64,000 bases of DNA from positions 62,001 through 126,000 of the forward strand of contig CAXHJY010001499.1 in assembly GCA_964016885.1 (NCBI GenBank), given 5' to 3'. The translations under genes and the position numbers were made by a program. The DNA comes from Eledone cirrhosa. Taxonomy: Eukaryota. The notes beneath the pieces were generated by a model. That model searched no databases. It had not been told where the DNA came from and was given only the letters and a program-made list of their open reading frames with translations. Below are positions 43,400 to 57,700 of the stretch, piece after piece (the first letter of the stretch is position 1; each line of letters starts with the position of its first letter).

Positions 43400-46300
43400 C
43401 TAGCAGTTTAGCCCGGCGTTGCTCGGGTTTGTTCATTTGCTGTGAAAAGTTACATATAGGTAAACGTGGCTTGAAAGCGAATAAGCTTATCAATTAAGTG
43501 AATAAAGCAGTTGAACCGCTTATTAAATGTTACGAACCAATTACCATTTTGGTCAATCAATGATGGGTTAATAATCTTCCAATAGCGAATTTAGCATACC
43601 AAAGTTGAAAGATGGTGGCCCTGATGCCGCTGGGTGTCAGATCTGTCCGCCATGGGATACCCTACCAGGAAATAGTGTTCCAGACGGCATAGCTCCAACA
43701 CCTGCACCAACATCTATAACACCCCTTTGTAGACGATATTGCGTGTCATCCCTTGAGGAGTGTAAGCAAAAAGTCCATTCCTGCTCCTACGCGGGAACAG
43801 GCAACATAAAGTTGGCCATGGGAGAACCATGGCTGCCCCAAATAGATGCCCGCCACCGACAATGTTTGCCCTTGTGACTTGTTAATAGACATGGCAAAAC
43901 ATGGTCTCACAGGGAATTGGGATCGCCGAAATCGAACGGGATATCTGACGCCGAGGGGAAAAGATTCATCCTTGGAATTAAAACATTCTCCCCTCTACCG
44001 CACCCCGTTACAATGGTGGCTTCAATCAAGTGGGGTGTCAGTGACTTGACGACCATGCGAGTACCGTTGCACTGCTTTGGTGGACGCAAGTTCCTTATTA
44101 GCATAATGGGACAGCCAACCCTAAGCTTAATAATGTGAGGTGGGAGCCCTGGGGCTCAACGGAATTTAATAACTCAACCGTATAATTAACGATATCGTCG
44201 GGGTCTGACGTCCGGTCGATAGATTTCAAAATGTGCTCTTTACCGGGAATCTTCTCAATCAGCTGCTCATTAATAAAATTAAACATGGTATTTTTCGGAG
44301 CAAGGATGGCTCTTTCGTTGAGCCAATTGAGGTTTTTAAAGTTAGATGAGACATCAGGAAAAACAGCTTCCCAAAGGTCAGAAGGGCTGCTCACAATGTT
44401 GCACAGGGAGTCGATTGCTATGCCGCTCTTGTCATCCGCAGGGACCTTGCCCTCACTAAGTGCTAAAATGTTCTGAGCAAACGCTGCAGACATGTTGTCA
44501 CCATGCAAATGAGCACGGATATTTGTGCTAAGGTACAAACTCTTCACCTGGAACCACAACATGGAGGATTTAAGGCAGGCACGCACTTCATCAGCTCTTG
44601 TCCCTTTTGGGATGACAGGCAGCGTTTGCCGAAAATCCCCTGATAGCAGAAGGATTAAGCCACCCATAGGAGCCATAGAATCCCTAATGTCTTTCAGGGT
44701 CCCGTCCAATGCCTCAAGGGCACCCTTGTGTGCCATTGTGCACTCACCCCAAACAATGAGGCAACATCTGTTGAGAATCAGGGCTTTGTATGAACTCTTG
44801 CTGATATTGCATGTTGGTGTCTCAGTTTTTACTAAATCCAAAGGGAGTTTAAAGGTTGAATGTGCTGTCCTGCCTCCCGACAGGAAAGTAGCAGCCATCC
44901 CGGTCGATGCAACGGACAACGCAACTTTTTTCTCCTGACGTATCTTAGCGAGAATCAAATTCGTTACAAAAGTTTTTCCAGGAGCGTTTTTTATTGGGGG
45001 GGGGGTCCGTTTTTTATTGGGGAGATCCGTTTTTGTTTTAGGGGGGGGGGTCCGTTTTTATGGGGGATCCGTTTTTATGGGGGGGGGGGGGGTATTTGGG
45101 ATTCGTGTTTTGGGGGAAGGGTGTCCGTATTTTATGGGGGTCCGTTTTTTATTGGGGGACCCTTTTTTTATTGGGGAGGGGTCCGTTTTCTATGGGGGGG
45201 GGATCCGTTTTTTAAGGGGGGGCGGCGTTTTTATTTTCGGCGAGGGGGCATTTTTTATTTGGAAACCGTTTTTATTGGGGGGGTATCCGTTTTTAATTGG
45301 GGGTTCCGTTTTTTATTGCGGGGGTCCGTTTTTTATTTGGGGGGTCCGTTTTTATGGGGGGATCCGTTTTTTATGGGAGGGGGGGAATTTGGGATCCGTT
45401 TTGGGGGGGAGGGTGTCCGTATTTTATGGGGGGTCCGTTTTTTATTTGGAAATTGTTTTTTTATTGGGGGGTCTCCGTTTTTTATGGGGGTCCGTTTTTT
45501 ATTGGGCGGGGGACGTTTTTTATTTGGAATCCGTTTTTTATTTGGTGGGGGTTCGTTTGTTATTTGGGGGGATCCCTTTTTTATTGGGGGGATCCGTTTT
45601 TTATTTGGGGGGGTAGAAGGGTCCGGTTTTTATGAGGGGATGATCCGTTATTTAGGGGAGATCCGTTTTTATTTGGGAAGGTGGGGTCCGTTTTTAATTG
45701 GGAGGGGGGGATCAAGCAATTCACACTTTTGAAGCAAAATGGCAAAGAGTTCCCGTAGACCATTATGTGTTTTCAACAAAGCACTCTCCGCTAAAATGGA
45801 ATCTCATTGAGAATCATCTTTCGAAAGACCTCGCTTAAAGCAGGCTTCCCGATACGTATCACATATTTCTCCATCAACAGTTTTGAAGTCCTGAAAACTT
45901 TATGGGCCTACAAATTCATGCAGAAGAAGGCGGAGATGAAAGCACTCATGCTGACTTGGGGGGCACAGTGTAAACCCTTCCAAGACAGCTGGCAAATTTT
46001 ACACCAGGATGTCTTTCAACAGCCTGACCTGAATTCTTCGCTCCCAAGTGTTTTTCGGCCATATAAAGTAGGATGTACCAAATTGTTTGCGCAAATGTAT
46101 CGAACTGGTAAAGTTTGAAGAAACCCGTCAGAGTGGTAGCTTTCGGATCGGCAGCCAACTTGGCGGCGGTTTGGTCCGTAAAGTAAACGCTTTACCCATT
46201 TTCCAAATGTACCGCAAGCTGTACGATGGCGGGGTGCCGTTGGTGTAGGGGTAAACCAAATAAGCGCCAAAAAGCTTCATTGCTACTGTTGTACCGCCCC

Positions 46301-47405
46301 GCCAGGTATTCTGTGACCTTGTCCCTGCTATTTTCAGCTTGAAATGCGAACATGGCGGCATCAGAGCCCTTATTTACATATTTGCATATGTATTTTATCG
46401 ACTTGACGGAGTTGCAAAACTGAACGTTGATGTGGGCGTTGAACATCTTCAAGAGAAGCTGGCAGTAAGGGACCACCCATCTATTGTCGACTTGACCTCC
46501 CTTTACTGTTGTGGTGAAGTCACTGTTCTCGGGCCGTCTCCGCCAGTCTGAATCAGTCTGGTTATCCCTTACTGCACGACCTCCCTTTCAGACACGTGTG
46601 ATGCTCATTAGGACCCAACGCACACGGACCATGTTAGCTTTGACGATGTCATGTAATTCCTGGTCACTTGCTGGGTTAAGGATTTCAGCCGAAATGATGC
46701 TGTCTATGGCATTTGAATTGATTTTATCAGCTAACAAAATCAAAATGTGAGCATGTGGCAGCCCTCGTTTTTGCCATTCGACGGTGAACATGTCACATAT
46801 TACAGCCCCAAATACCTGACCCTTTTTTATTAAAGCCATGAATTTAGCCAGTTTCAGTCTGAACACTCTGGCAATGAGGTCATGTCTGTTTGAATAATTT
46901 TGCCCAGGAAAAAGTTCACGGGTTAAATTCCAATTCATATGTCTATAGCATTAATCTGTTATATGAAGTGTTATTTTGCAGGTTGTTATTTGCAATATGC
47001 TCCGATTAAAAATGGCCCAGATAAGCCGTATTTCAATACGGAACGCTCAATACGGAACGCTCCACTGAAGTGTTGTCATATAGGGAGTGAATAGCGACAG
47101 AGAGAGTAAAGCAGTTAAATTATATAGAGAGGGAATATACGGAACGCTCCATTTGATCATAAACATTGTTTCTCTCTCTGCACTGTTGTCATATAGGGAG
47201 TGAAGAGCGACATAGAGAGTAAAGCAGTTAAATTATAGAGAGGGGAAGGATCATGATCGATTTTTGCCCTTATTGTTGATGGATTTGAAATTTGTTTGCT
47301 TCATGAGCTTTTGCTGACCAAAAGCAATAATTGTCCCGACGTTGAATAGAATCCGTTAGAAATTGTGGACGTGTATACGTTGCAAACCTTAACACACACA
47401 TCCTC

Positions 47406-47410
<5 letters not shown>
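43400..47410 (-). mobile_element. Decayed Helitron (Rep + PIF1-like helicase)
   Basis: 3' end hairpin CCCGAGCAACGCCGGG then CTAG|T at 43400; Rep VEWQKRGLPHAHIL and KYICKYVNKG; helicase ASTGMAA..GGRTAHS, GDFRQTLPV, LIRNL..CNGTR; 5' boundary approximate. Confidence 0.93.
44985..45713. repeat. G-rich minisatellite (~18-20 bp, G(n)[A]TCCGTTTTT[T]ATT)
   Basis: Directly visible; about 35-40 variable units. Confidence 0.93.
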
Positions 47411-47481
<71 letters not shown>

Positions 47482-47559
47482 ATATATACATATATATATA
47501 CACACATGTGTGTATTTGTGTCTGTATATATGTATATGTATGTGTATATATGTATTTAT

Positions 47560-48170
47560 GTGCGTGTGTGTATTCATATGCATACTAGTATTTCAGTATA
47601 CATATGTGGATGTACATTTTTAACTTAATTGTTGAAGCGTCAGTCATACAAAAGTGAGTTACAAACGAAACGAAATTTAATTTCGTTTCGTTATTTGTTT
47701 TTATCGTCTCCGTTGAACCGGTACATACTCAAGCTCTATGCAAATTAGTCTGCCCACTACTAATTTTCATAGAAAAAGCATATAACGATATGTGCTTTTA
47801 CGATTCTCTAGAGAGGCCGGAAGATAGGTAAATATTGCTGATGAGATGTAACAACATCGAAACTAGTTCAATATTCCTTGTCTGGCTTTCTGGAGAATAG
47901 AGGAAAGGTGTTTCCTCAAAAACCAGTATGACTCTAAAAACCGGTTTGTCTGTGTGTTTACATACAGAATAGCTGGACACTCACAGTAAAGTGACCAGTG
48001 AAAAACTCGGTACATCTACATATGTATACGTGTGTGTATTCATATGCATACTAGTATTTCAGTATACATATGTGGATGTACATTTTTAACTTAATTGTTT
48101 AAGCGTCAGTCATACAAAAGTGAGTTACAAACGAAACGAAATATAATTTCGTTTCGTTATTTGTTTTTAT
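47560..48170. mobile_element. Non-coding element with a ~145-bp terminal direct repeat (466-bp unit)
   Basis: 47563-47705 is repeated at 48029-48170. Confidence 0.65.
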
Positions 48171-48171
48171 A

Positions 48172-49562
<1,391 letters not shown>

Positions 49563-49577
49563 ATGGATGAAAAGGTT

Positions 49578-49681
49578 TGTCCTCATCAGTGGCCTTCCAA
49601 CCGTGGTAGGCATTTCGTCGCATTAAAGGCCGTATACCTCAGGTTGGTGCGAGCAACGGCTAAAAAAAGTTTGTTGGGACA
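49578..49681 (-). ncRNA. Second candidate rearranged hammerhead ribozyme
   Basis: Minus strand TGTCC..TCGCA-CCAACC-TG-AGGTAT-A-CGGCCTT-TAA-TGCGA-C-GAA-ATGCCT-ACCAC-GGTTGG-AAGGCCA-CTGATGA-GGACA. Confidence 0.62.
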
Positions 49682-49853
49682 CGTAAATAAAGGGAACGCT
49701 AGGGTAAACAAACAAAATGGTTTAAGCAACAGAAAGTCATGAAGATATACATAATATACATATATGTTTACATAATATATATATATATACATAATATATA
49801 TATATATTTACATAATATATATATATACATAATATATATATATATATATTTAC

Positions 49854-49932
<79 letters not shown>

Positions 49933-50424
49933 ATACTTTGGGAGGGTCATGTTGCCAATAAGAAACACACGCACCAGTTGCTTTCACTTCAATTTAATTT
50001 AATATATATTTATAAATTTACAAATTTATAAATTTCTGGTTGGTTGGTTGGTTCCACAACCAGATAGTTGTTTATATATATATAGTCATAGTTCTTTCGT
50101 CACACACTCTGTGACCTCTTCAGTGACTGGGGATTTCTTTCTTCGTTTCTGTGCCTTTCCTTTCTTCTATCCTACGCCATTTTGTTTGTGTGTGGGTTGC
50201 GTGCTCAGTTTGCGCATGCGCCACATCCGGGTGTCTGTGTGTGTTTGTGTTCATTTTTCTATTTTTATATTTATATTTGTTTGTTTATTTATTTATTTAT
50301 TGTTGGTTGGTTGTTTGTTCTATGTGTGTGTGTGTTTTCATTTTGTCTTGTGTGTGTTTTCATTTTGTGTGTGTTTTCAATTGTAAGTTGTTTATATATG
50401 TGTGTGTGTGTTTTCATTTTGTCC

Positions 50425-53400
50425 TTAATTGTAAGTTGTGATGTTGCTGTTCCACTCATATTTTCTATTTAATTTTGGTTTTAATTCTTTTATGCTTACT
50501 GCCTCTGTAATTTGCCTAAACATTGCGTCTTTCTTGTGTGTGGATTCTATTTTTATTTCTATGCTCTCTAATTTACCCCTGTGTTCTATCTTAGCATGTT
50601 GGTAGAGCACAGATGATTCTTTACTATCTTGGAGGTCTCGCCAGTGTTCATTTATTCGTTCCCCTATACTACGAGCTGTCTCACCTATGTACACTATATT
50701 TTTGTTTCTACATTGTCCCTCAGTACATCTTATGCTATATACTACATTTCTAGTTTTACAGTTAATATGGGGGCTTATTTTACAGGTTATACATTTCTTA
50801 TCTATACATGAGGGTCTTTGGAACGGGTATGTCTTGCTAATAAGTGTTTTTACGGAGGTACCAGGTCTTTCTACTATCTTAATATTGAGATTATGTTTCT
50901 TTAGGGCCCTTCTAAATTTGTAGGCTAGTTCACCTCTAGGGGTTGTATTGATGAACATTACACTCTGGTATTTATTGCTATCATACCATGAGTTTATTCT
51001 ATTGGCCTTGTTCTTAGTTCTTTCTATTCTATTCCACTATTCCAAAATTTGCTCCTATACAAGGGGCAGGTCCCATTTATGTCATTATTTACCATTTTTT
51101 CCCATTTGGTTCTGGCTCCTTTATACACTCTGATTCTATCTCTCTGATTGTAGCCAGAGAACTGCATACGGTGGATGAAGTGTTGTATGTGTCTCTCTAG
51201 TTCTTCGGGGTTGCACATGCGGGACACATTTCTCATCACCCGTATCAAATCCGCAATCAGTATGTTGATTTTGGTATGGTCCGAAATGGCCGAGTTTCGG
51301 TGGATCAGATGTTTGGAAGTCATGGGTTTGGCATAATGGGAATGGAGGATTTGTTTTTGGTTGTTAATAGTATCTAACCAGAGCTCTGTGTCTAGTACAG
51401 GTAATCGATGGTTGGGGTGTCTACTTGGGTAGTCTATAGTAACTCTAATGCTCTGGTGGATGGAGTTTGCTATTTGCTGGATGCTTTCCATTGTGTTTTT
51501 CTCAGGTTCCTGACTGTTCTTTAGTGGGGGTGTCTTAACTACGATGTTTATATCATCTACGTAGCGGGAGTACATTATCAGGGTTAATCTGTCTTCTAAT
51601 TGTTCTTTAAGTTTTTGTTTAAGTCTACTGTCCCACCATACCATGAACAAGTTAGCTATGTCGCCTGCAATGCTAACACCAATGGCTGCTCCTTCCTCTT
51701 GGGCATATGTTTTACCATTAAATTTGAACATATGTTCCTTAAGGGTTAATTTTATGCTGGCCCCTACCGCATGTGCAATCATTTTCTTCAGTTCATCGTG
51801 GTTTTCGGGTGTCCGTATGGCTCTGGTCCACCCGTTCCATCTATCTGTGTGGGTTTTCTTGGCCATTGAGGTAATGGTAGGTGGTCTGCCTCTTGCTGGT
51901 CTTGTAGGGCACAGGTTGCTAAGGTCATAAGTGTCTAGGTAACTATTACTATGGGTAAGCTTAAGTAGAAGTCCCAGCTCACTGGTATCAATCCCACGGA
52001 ACTCAACCTTGCTCTCGCTGATCATTTCGACGCATTTCTCCACAGCAAAATCCACGTCAATAGATGGATACAGGGACACAACATCCATACTGCCTATTAT
52101 GCAGTTTGTTAGGTCCCCAGATCGGTTACCCGCGTCGATTCTGCTGAGGAGGTCCTCCGTGCTGTCACACACATCTGGGGACATCTCAATGATGGGGCGT
52201 ATGATCAGGGAGAGGAAGTAGGACAGTCTGTAGTTACTAGCAATGTTAGCCCCACAGACTGGCCGTGTTGGTGGTCCCGCGACAGGGTCCCAGCCCGTTT
52301 TATGGTCTTTTCGAAGCCCATACAACGCCGGCACGTCATTGTTCCAGGCCTGGAAGTTGTTGGCAGTCCTTTTGTTGGGCTGCATTATATTTGTCCACAT
52401 CACCATATGGGCATTGAGGGTTTTTTCTCTGTCCTCATGCTCCTGTGGTGTTACCTCTCTTGTGTTAGTGATGTGGGGTTGCATTGCCTGGATGTAGTTT
52501 GGCAGGCTGTCAACCGACATTCTGCCAGACTTGTCTGTTGGAAAGCATGCTATCTCTCCATTACGCGAGCGCTGCATGAGCTTACGCAAGCCATTTGCAG
52601 ATTCTTCTCCCAGTTGCTGGGCCTCTATTCTATTATGCTTCTTGCTATACTGTTCTATAATATTTCTAAGTTCGGATTTAGCTATACTAAATTGTGCTTC
52701 TGTTTGTTCATCGACCTGCGACGGCAACTGCGTGCGTTTGTTAAATGGCAAAGTCGTGGCGTGGACTCGTCGTAGGTCGAATGATTTATCGGAGTGGTTA
52801 TAAAACGGAGAGTTCCAGGCTGCTGCTTTATGTGTACTTGCGCTATTGTTAGTTGTGTTGTTTCTATTTCCACCAACAGCAGCAGCCTCAGCTTCATGGT
52901 TGTTTCTATGTCTCTCATAATTACTCCTGTCTCTTTCCACTGGCTCAATGTTGTTATCTACCCTATTTTGTGTGTCTGTGTGTTCGTCTTGGTTATTCTC
53001 TTTGTCCCTACTCCTTTTAATCCTATTACTTTCTCTTATTTCTCTGATTTCTGTGCTACTGTCATTACTTGTTTTCTGTGTCTGTGTGTTTGTTAAGATT
53101 GTAGTGGTGGTGAGAGGCATTGAATGTGTGTGTGTTGTTGTTGTTGATGTGTGTTGTTGTTGATGTGTGTTGTTGTCTCCGTGTGTGTGTGTGTTATCGT
53201 TGTTGTGTGTGTTGTTATTGTTGTTTGTGTTTGCGTGTCTGTTGTTGTTGTATCTGGGTATGTTGCTGTTGTTGTTGTTGTTGATGTGTGTGTTGTTGTT
53301 ATTGTTGTCTCCGTGTGTGTTGTTATTGTTGTTTGTGTCTGCGTGTCTGTTGTATCTGGGTATGTTGCTATTGTTGGTATTGTATCTGGGTATGTTGCTA

Positions 53401-54227
53401 TTGTTGTTGTTATTGTTTGTGTCTGTGTGTCTGTTGTTGTTGGGATGTGTGTTGTATATGTGTGTGCGTATATTGTTGCTTTTGTTTTTGTTTTTGATGC
53501 TCCAGCGTAGTTTCGTAAATGATTTTTCTATTTCTGACAGACAACTAATCATATTTACCTTCTTGAATGTCGCAAATTTGGGTGGCAAACGTAACACAGA
53601 CATTTCATTATTATCTATTTTCGTGTTTCCATAAATGTTGGTATTTTCATTGTTGAACTCTTCAGATAATGAGGTGTCGGCCATGTTGATACCGTCAATT
53701 TTGTCGGGATATCTATTGGTATACTCTATAGTATCCCGATTTAGCTTTGCCTGTTTAAGCCACTTTAATTTTCTGTTAAAGTGCTTATTACATTCTTGAG
53801 TAATGTACTGTTCTTCGGGGCGTATAAGGCTTATAAATGTTAGTTTTTCTGCTGGTGTGGTGATTTTAGATATTTCATCTATTAGGTTACGCTTTAGTTT
53901 TTCTTGATGACTTAATTCTCTATAGATCTTCTTTTTTATGTTTAGAATTAAAGTTCGTTTTAGCCTATCTGCTTGTTTTTTGGTGAGTTGTAATCTTCTA
54001 ACGTCGGTATTGATGGTGTTGGTGTAGATTCTAGAAGTGGTGCACAGTTTTATGAAGTGTAGTTGTCGAGATGTTATGGTTTTTCGTAGACAACAGAACA
54101 TGGTGGTTTTCAGTATCTTGTTAGCCTGGCTAAGGCTTACGATATTTCGTTTCTGAATTTGTTTAGCAAGATTCTTTATCTGAAATCGTGTGTTGAAACC
54201 GATATTGTTATACTTTGGGAGGGTCAT
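50425..54227 (-). pseudogene. PLE RT+GIY-YIG copy A, frameshifted by an 8-bp duplication near 51030
   Basis: CTATTCCA duplicated; also lacks 9 bp (ETK); otherwise matches copies B and C. Confidence 0.9.
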
Positions 54228-54709
54228 GTTGCCAATAAGAAACACACGCACCAGTTGCTTTCACTTCAATTTAATTTAATATATATTTATAAATTTACAA
54301 ATTTATAAATTTCTGGTTGGTTGGTTGGTTCCACAACCAGATAGTTGTTTATATATATATAGTCATAGTTCTTTCGTCACACACTCTGTGACCTCTTCAG
54401 TGACTGGGGATTTCTTTCTTCGTTTCTGTGCCTTTCCTTTCTTCTATCCTACGCCATTTTGTTTGTGTGTGGGTTGCGTGCTCAGTTTGCGCATGCGCCA
54501 CATCCGGGTGTCTGTGTGTGTTTGTGTTCATTTTTCTATTTTTATATTTTTATATTTATATTTGTTTGTTTATTTATTTATTTATTGTTGGTTGGTTGTT
54601 TGTTCTATGTGTGTGTGTGTTTTCATTTTGTCTTGTGTGTGTTTTCATTTTGTGTGTGTTTTCAATTGTAAGTTGTTTATATATGTGTGTGTGTGTTTTC
54701 ATTTTGTCC

Positions 54710-57700
54710 TTAATTGTAAGTTGTGATGTTGCTGTTCCACTCATATTTTCTATTTAATTTTGGTTTTAATTCTTTTATGCTTACTGCCTCTGTAATTTGC
54801 CTAAACATTGCGTCTTTCTTGTGTGTGGATTCTATTTTTATTTCTATGCTCTCTAATTTACCCCTGTGTTCTATCTTAGCATGTTGGTAGAGCACAGATG
54901 ATTCTTTACTATCTTGGAGGTCTCGCCAGTGTTCATTTATTCGTTCCCCTATACTACGAGCTGTCTCACCTATGTACACTATATTTTTGTTTCTACATTG
55001 TCCCTCAGTACATCTTATGCTATATACTACATTTCTAGTTTTACAGTTAATATGGGGGCTTATTTTACAGGTTATACATTTCTTATCTATACATGAGGGT
55101 CTTTGGAACGGGTATGTCTTGCTAATAAGTGTTTTTACGGAGGTACCAGGTCTTTCTACTATCTTAATATTGAGATTATGTTTCTTTAGGGCCCTTCTAA
55201 ATTTGTAGGCTAGTTCACCTCTAGGGGTTGTATTGATGAACATTACACTCTGGTATTTATTGCTATCATACCATGAGTTTATTCTATTGGCCTTGTTCTT
55301 AGTTCTTTCTATTCTATTCCAAAATTTGCTCCTATACAAGGGGCAGGTCCCATTTATGTCATTATTTACCATTTTTTCCCATTTGGTTCTGGCTCCTTTA
55401 TACACTCTGATTCTATCTCTCTGATTGTAGCCAGAGAACTGCATACGGTGGATGAAGTGTTGTATGTGTCTCTCTAGTTCTTCGGGGTTGCACATGCGGG
55501 ACACATTTCTCATCACCCGTATCAAATCCGCAATCAGTATGTTGATTTTGGTATGGTCCGAAATGGCCGAGTTTCGGTGGATCAGATGTTTGGAAGTCAT
55601 GGGTTTGGCATAATGGGAATGGAGGATTTGTTTTTGGTTGTTAATAGTATCTAACCAGAGCTCTGTGTCTAGTACAGGTAATCGATGGTTGGGGTGTCTA
55701 CTTGGGTAGTCTATAGTAACTCTAATGCTCTGGTGGATGGAGTTTGCTATTTGCTGGATGCTTTCCATTGTGTTTTTCTCAGGTTCCTGACTGTTCTTTA
55801 GTGGGGGTGTCTTAACTACGATGTTTATATCATCTACGTAGCGGGAGTACATTATCAGGGTTAATCTGTCTTCTAATTGTTCTTTAAGTTTTTGTTTAAG
55901 TCTACTGTCCCACCATACCATGAACAAGTTAGCTATGTCGCCTGCAATGCTAACACCAATGGCTGCTCCTTCCTCTTGGGCATATGTTTTACCATTAAAT
56001 TTGAACATATGTTCCTTAAGGGTTAATTTTATGCTGGCCCCTACCGCATGTGCAATCATTTTCTTCAGTTCATCGTGGTTTTCGGGTGTCCGTATGGCTC
56101 TGGTCCACCCGTTCCATCTATCTGTGTGGGTTTTCTTGGCCATTGAGGTAATGGTAGGTGGTCTGCCTCTTGCTGGTCTTGTAGGGCACAGGTTGCTAAG
56201 GTCATAAGTGTCTAGGTAACTATTACTATGGGTAAGCTTAAGTAGAAGTCCCAGCTCACTGGTATCAATCCCACGGAACTCAACCTTGCTCTCGCTGATC
56301 ATTTCGACGCATTTCTCCACAGCAAAATCCACGTCAATAGATGGATACAGGGACACAACATCCATACTGCCTATTATGCAGTTTGTTAGGTCCCCAGATC
56401 GGTTACCCGCGTCGATTCTGCTGAGGAGGTCCTCCGTGCTGTCACACACATCTGGGGACATCTCAATGATGGGGCGTATGATCAGGGAGAGGAAGTAGGA
56501 CAGTCTGTAGTTACTAGCAATGTTAGCCCCACAGACTGGCCGTGTTGGTGGTCCCGCGACAGGGTCCCAGCCCGTTTTATGGTCTTTTCGAAGCCCATAC
56601 AACGCCGGCACGTCATTGTTCCAGGCCTGGAAGTTGTTGGCAGTCCTTTTGTTGGGCTGCATTATATTTGTCCACATCACCATATGGGCATTGAGGGTTT
56701 TTTCTCTGTCCTCATGCTCCTGTGGTGTTACCTCTCTTGTGTTAGTGATGTGGGGTTGCATTGCCTGGATGTAGTTTGGCAGGCTGTCAACCGACATTCT
56801 GCCAGACTTGTCTGTTGGAAAGCATGCTATCTCTCCATTACGCGAGCGCTGCATGAGCTTACGCAAGCCATTTGCAGATTCTTCTCCCAGTTGCTGGGCC
56901 TCTATTCTATTATGCTTCTTGCTATACTGTTCTATAATATTTCTAAGTTCGGATTTAGCTATACTAAATTGTGCTTCTGTTTGTTCATCGACCTGCGACG
57001 GCAACTGCGTGCGTTTGTTAAATGGCAAAGTCGTGGCGTGGACTCGTCGTAGGTCGAATGATTTATCGGAGTGGTTATAAAACGGAGAGTTCCAGGCTGC
57101 TGCTTTATGTGTACTTGCGCTATTGTTAGTTGTGTTGTTTCTATTTCCACCAACAGCAGCAGCCTCAGCTTCATGGTTGTTTCTATGTCTCTCATAATTA
57201 CTCCTGTCTCTTTCCACTGGCTCAATGTTGTTATCTACCCTATTTTGTGTGTCTGTGTGTTCGTCTTGGTTATTCTCTTTGTCCTTAGTCTCCCTACTCC
57301 TTTTAATCCTATTACTTTCTCTTATTTCTCTGATTTCTGTGCTACTGTCATTACTTGTTTTCTGTGTCTGTGTGTTTGTTAAGATTGTAGTGGTGGTGAG
57401 AGGCATTGAATGTGTGTGTGTTGTTGTTGTTGATGTGTGTTGTTGTTGATGTGTGTTGTTGTCTCCGTGTGTGTGTGTGTTATCGTTGTTGTGTGTGTTG
57501 TTATTGTTGTTTGTGTTTGCGTGTCTGTTGTTGTTGTATCTGGGTATGTTGCTGTTGTTGTTGTTGTTGATGTGTGTGTTGTTGTTATTGTTGTCTCCGT
57601 GTGTGTTGTTATTGTTGTTTGTGTCTGCGTGTCTGTTGTATCTGGGTATGTTGCTATTGTTGGTATTGTATCTGGGTATGTTGCTATTGTTGTTGTTATT

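Noticed and set aside
44860-45763. Gly/Phe-rich ORFs up to 290 aa
   Set aside because: Translations of the G-rich minisatellite
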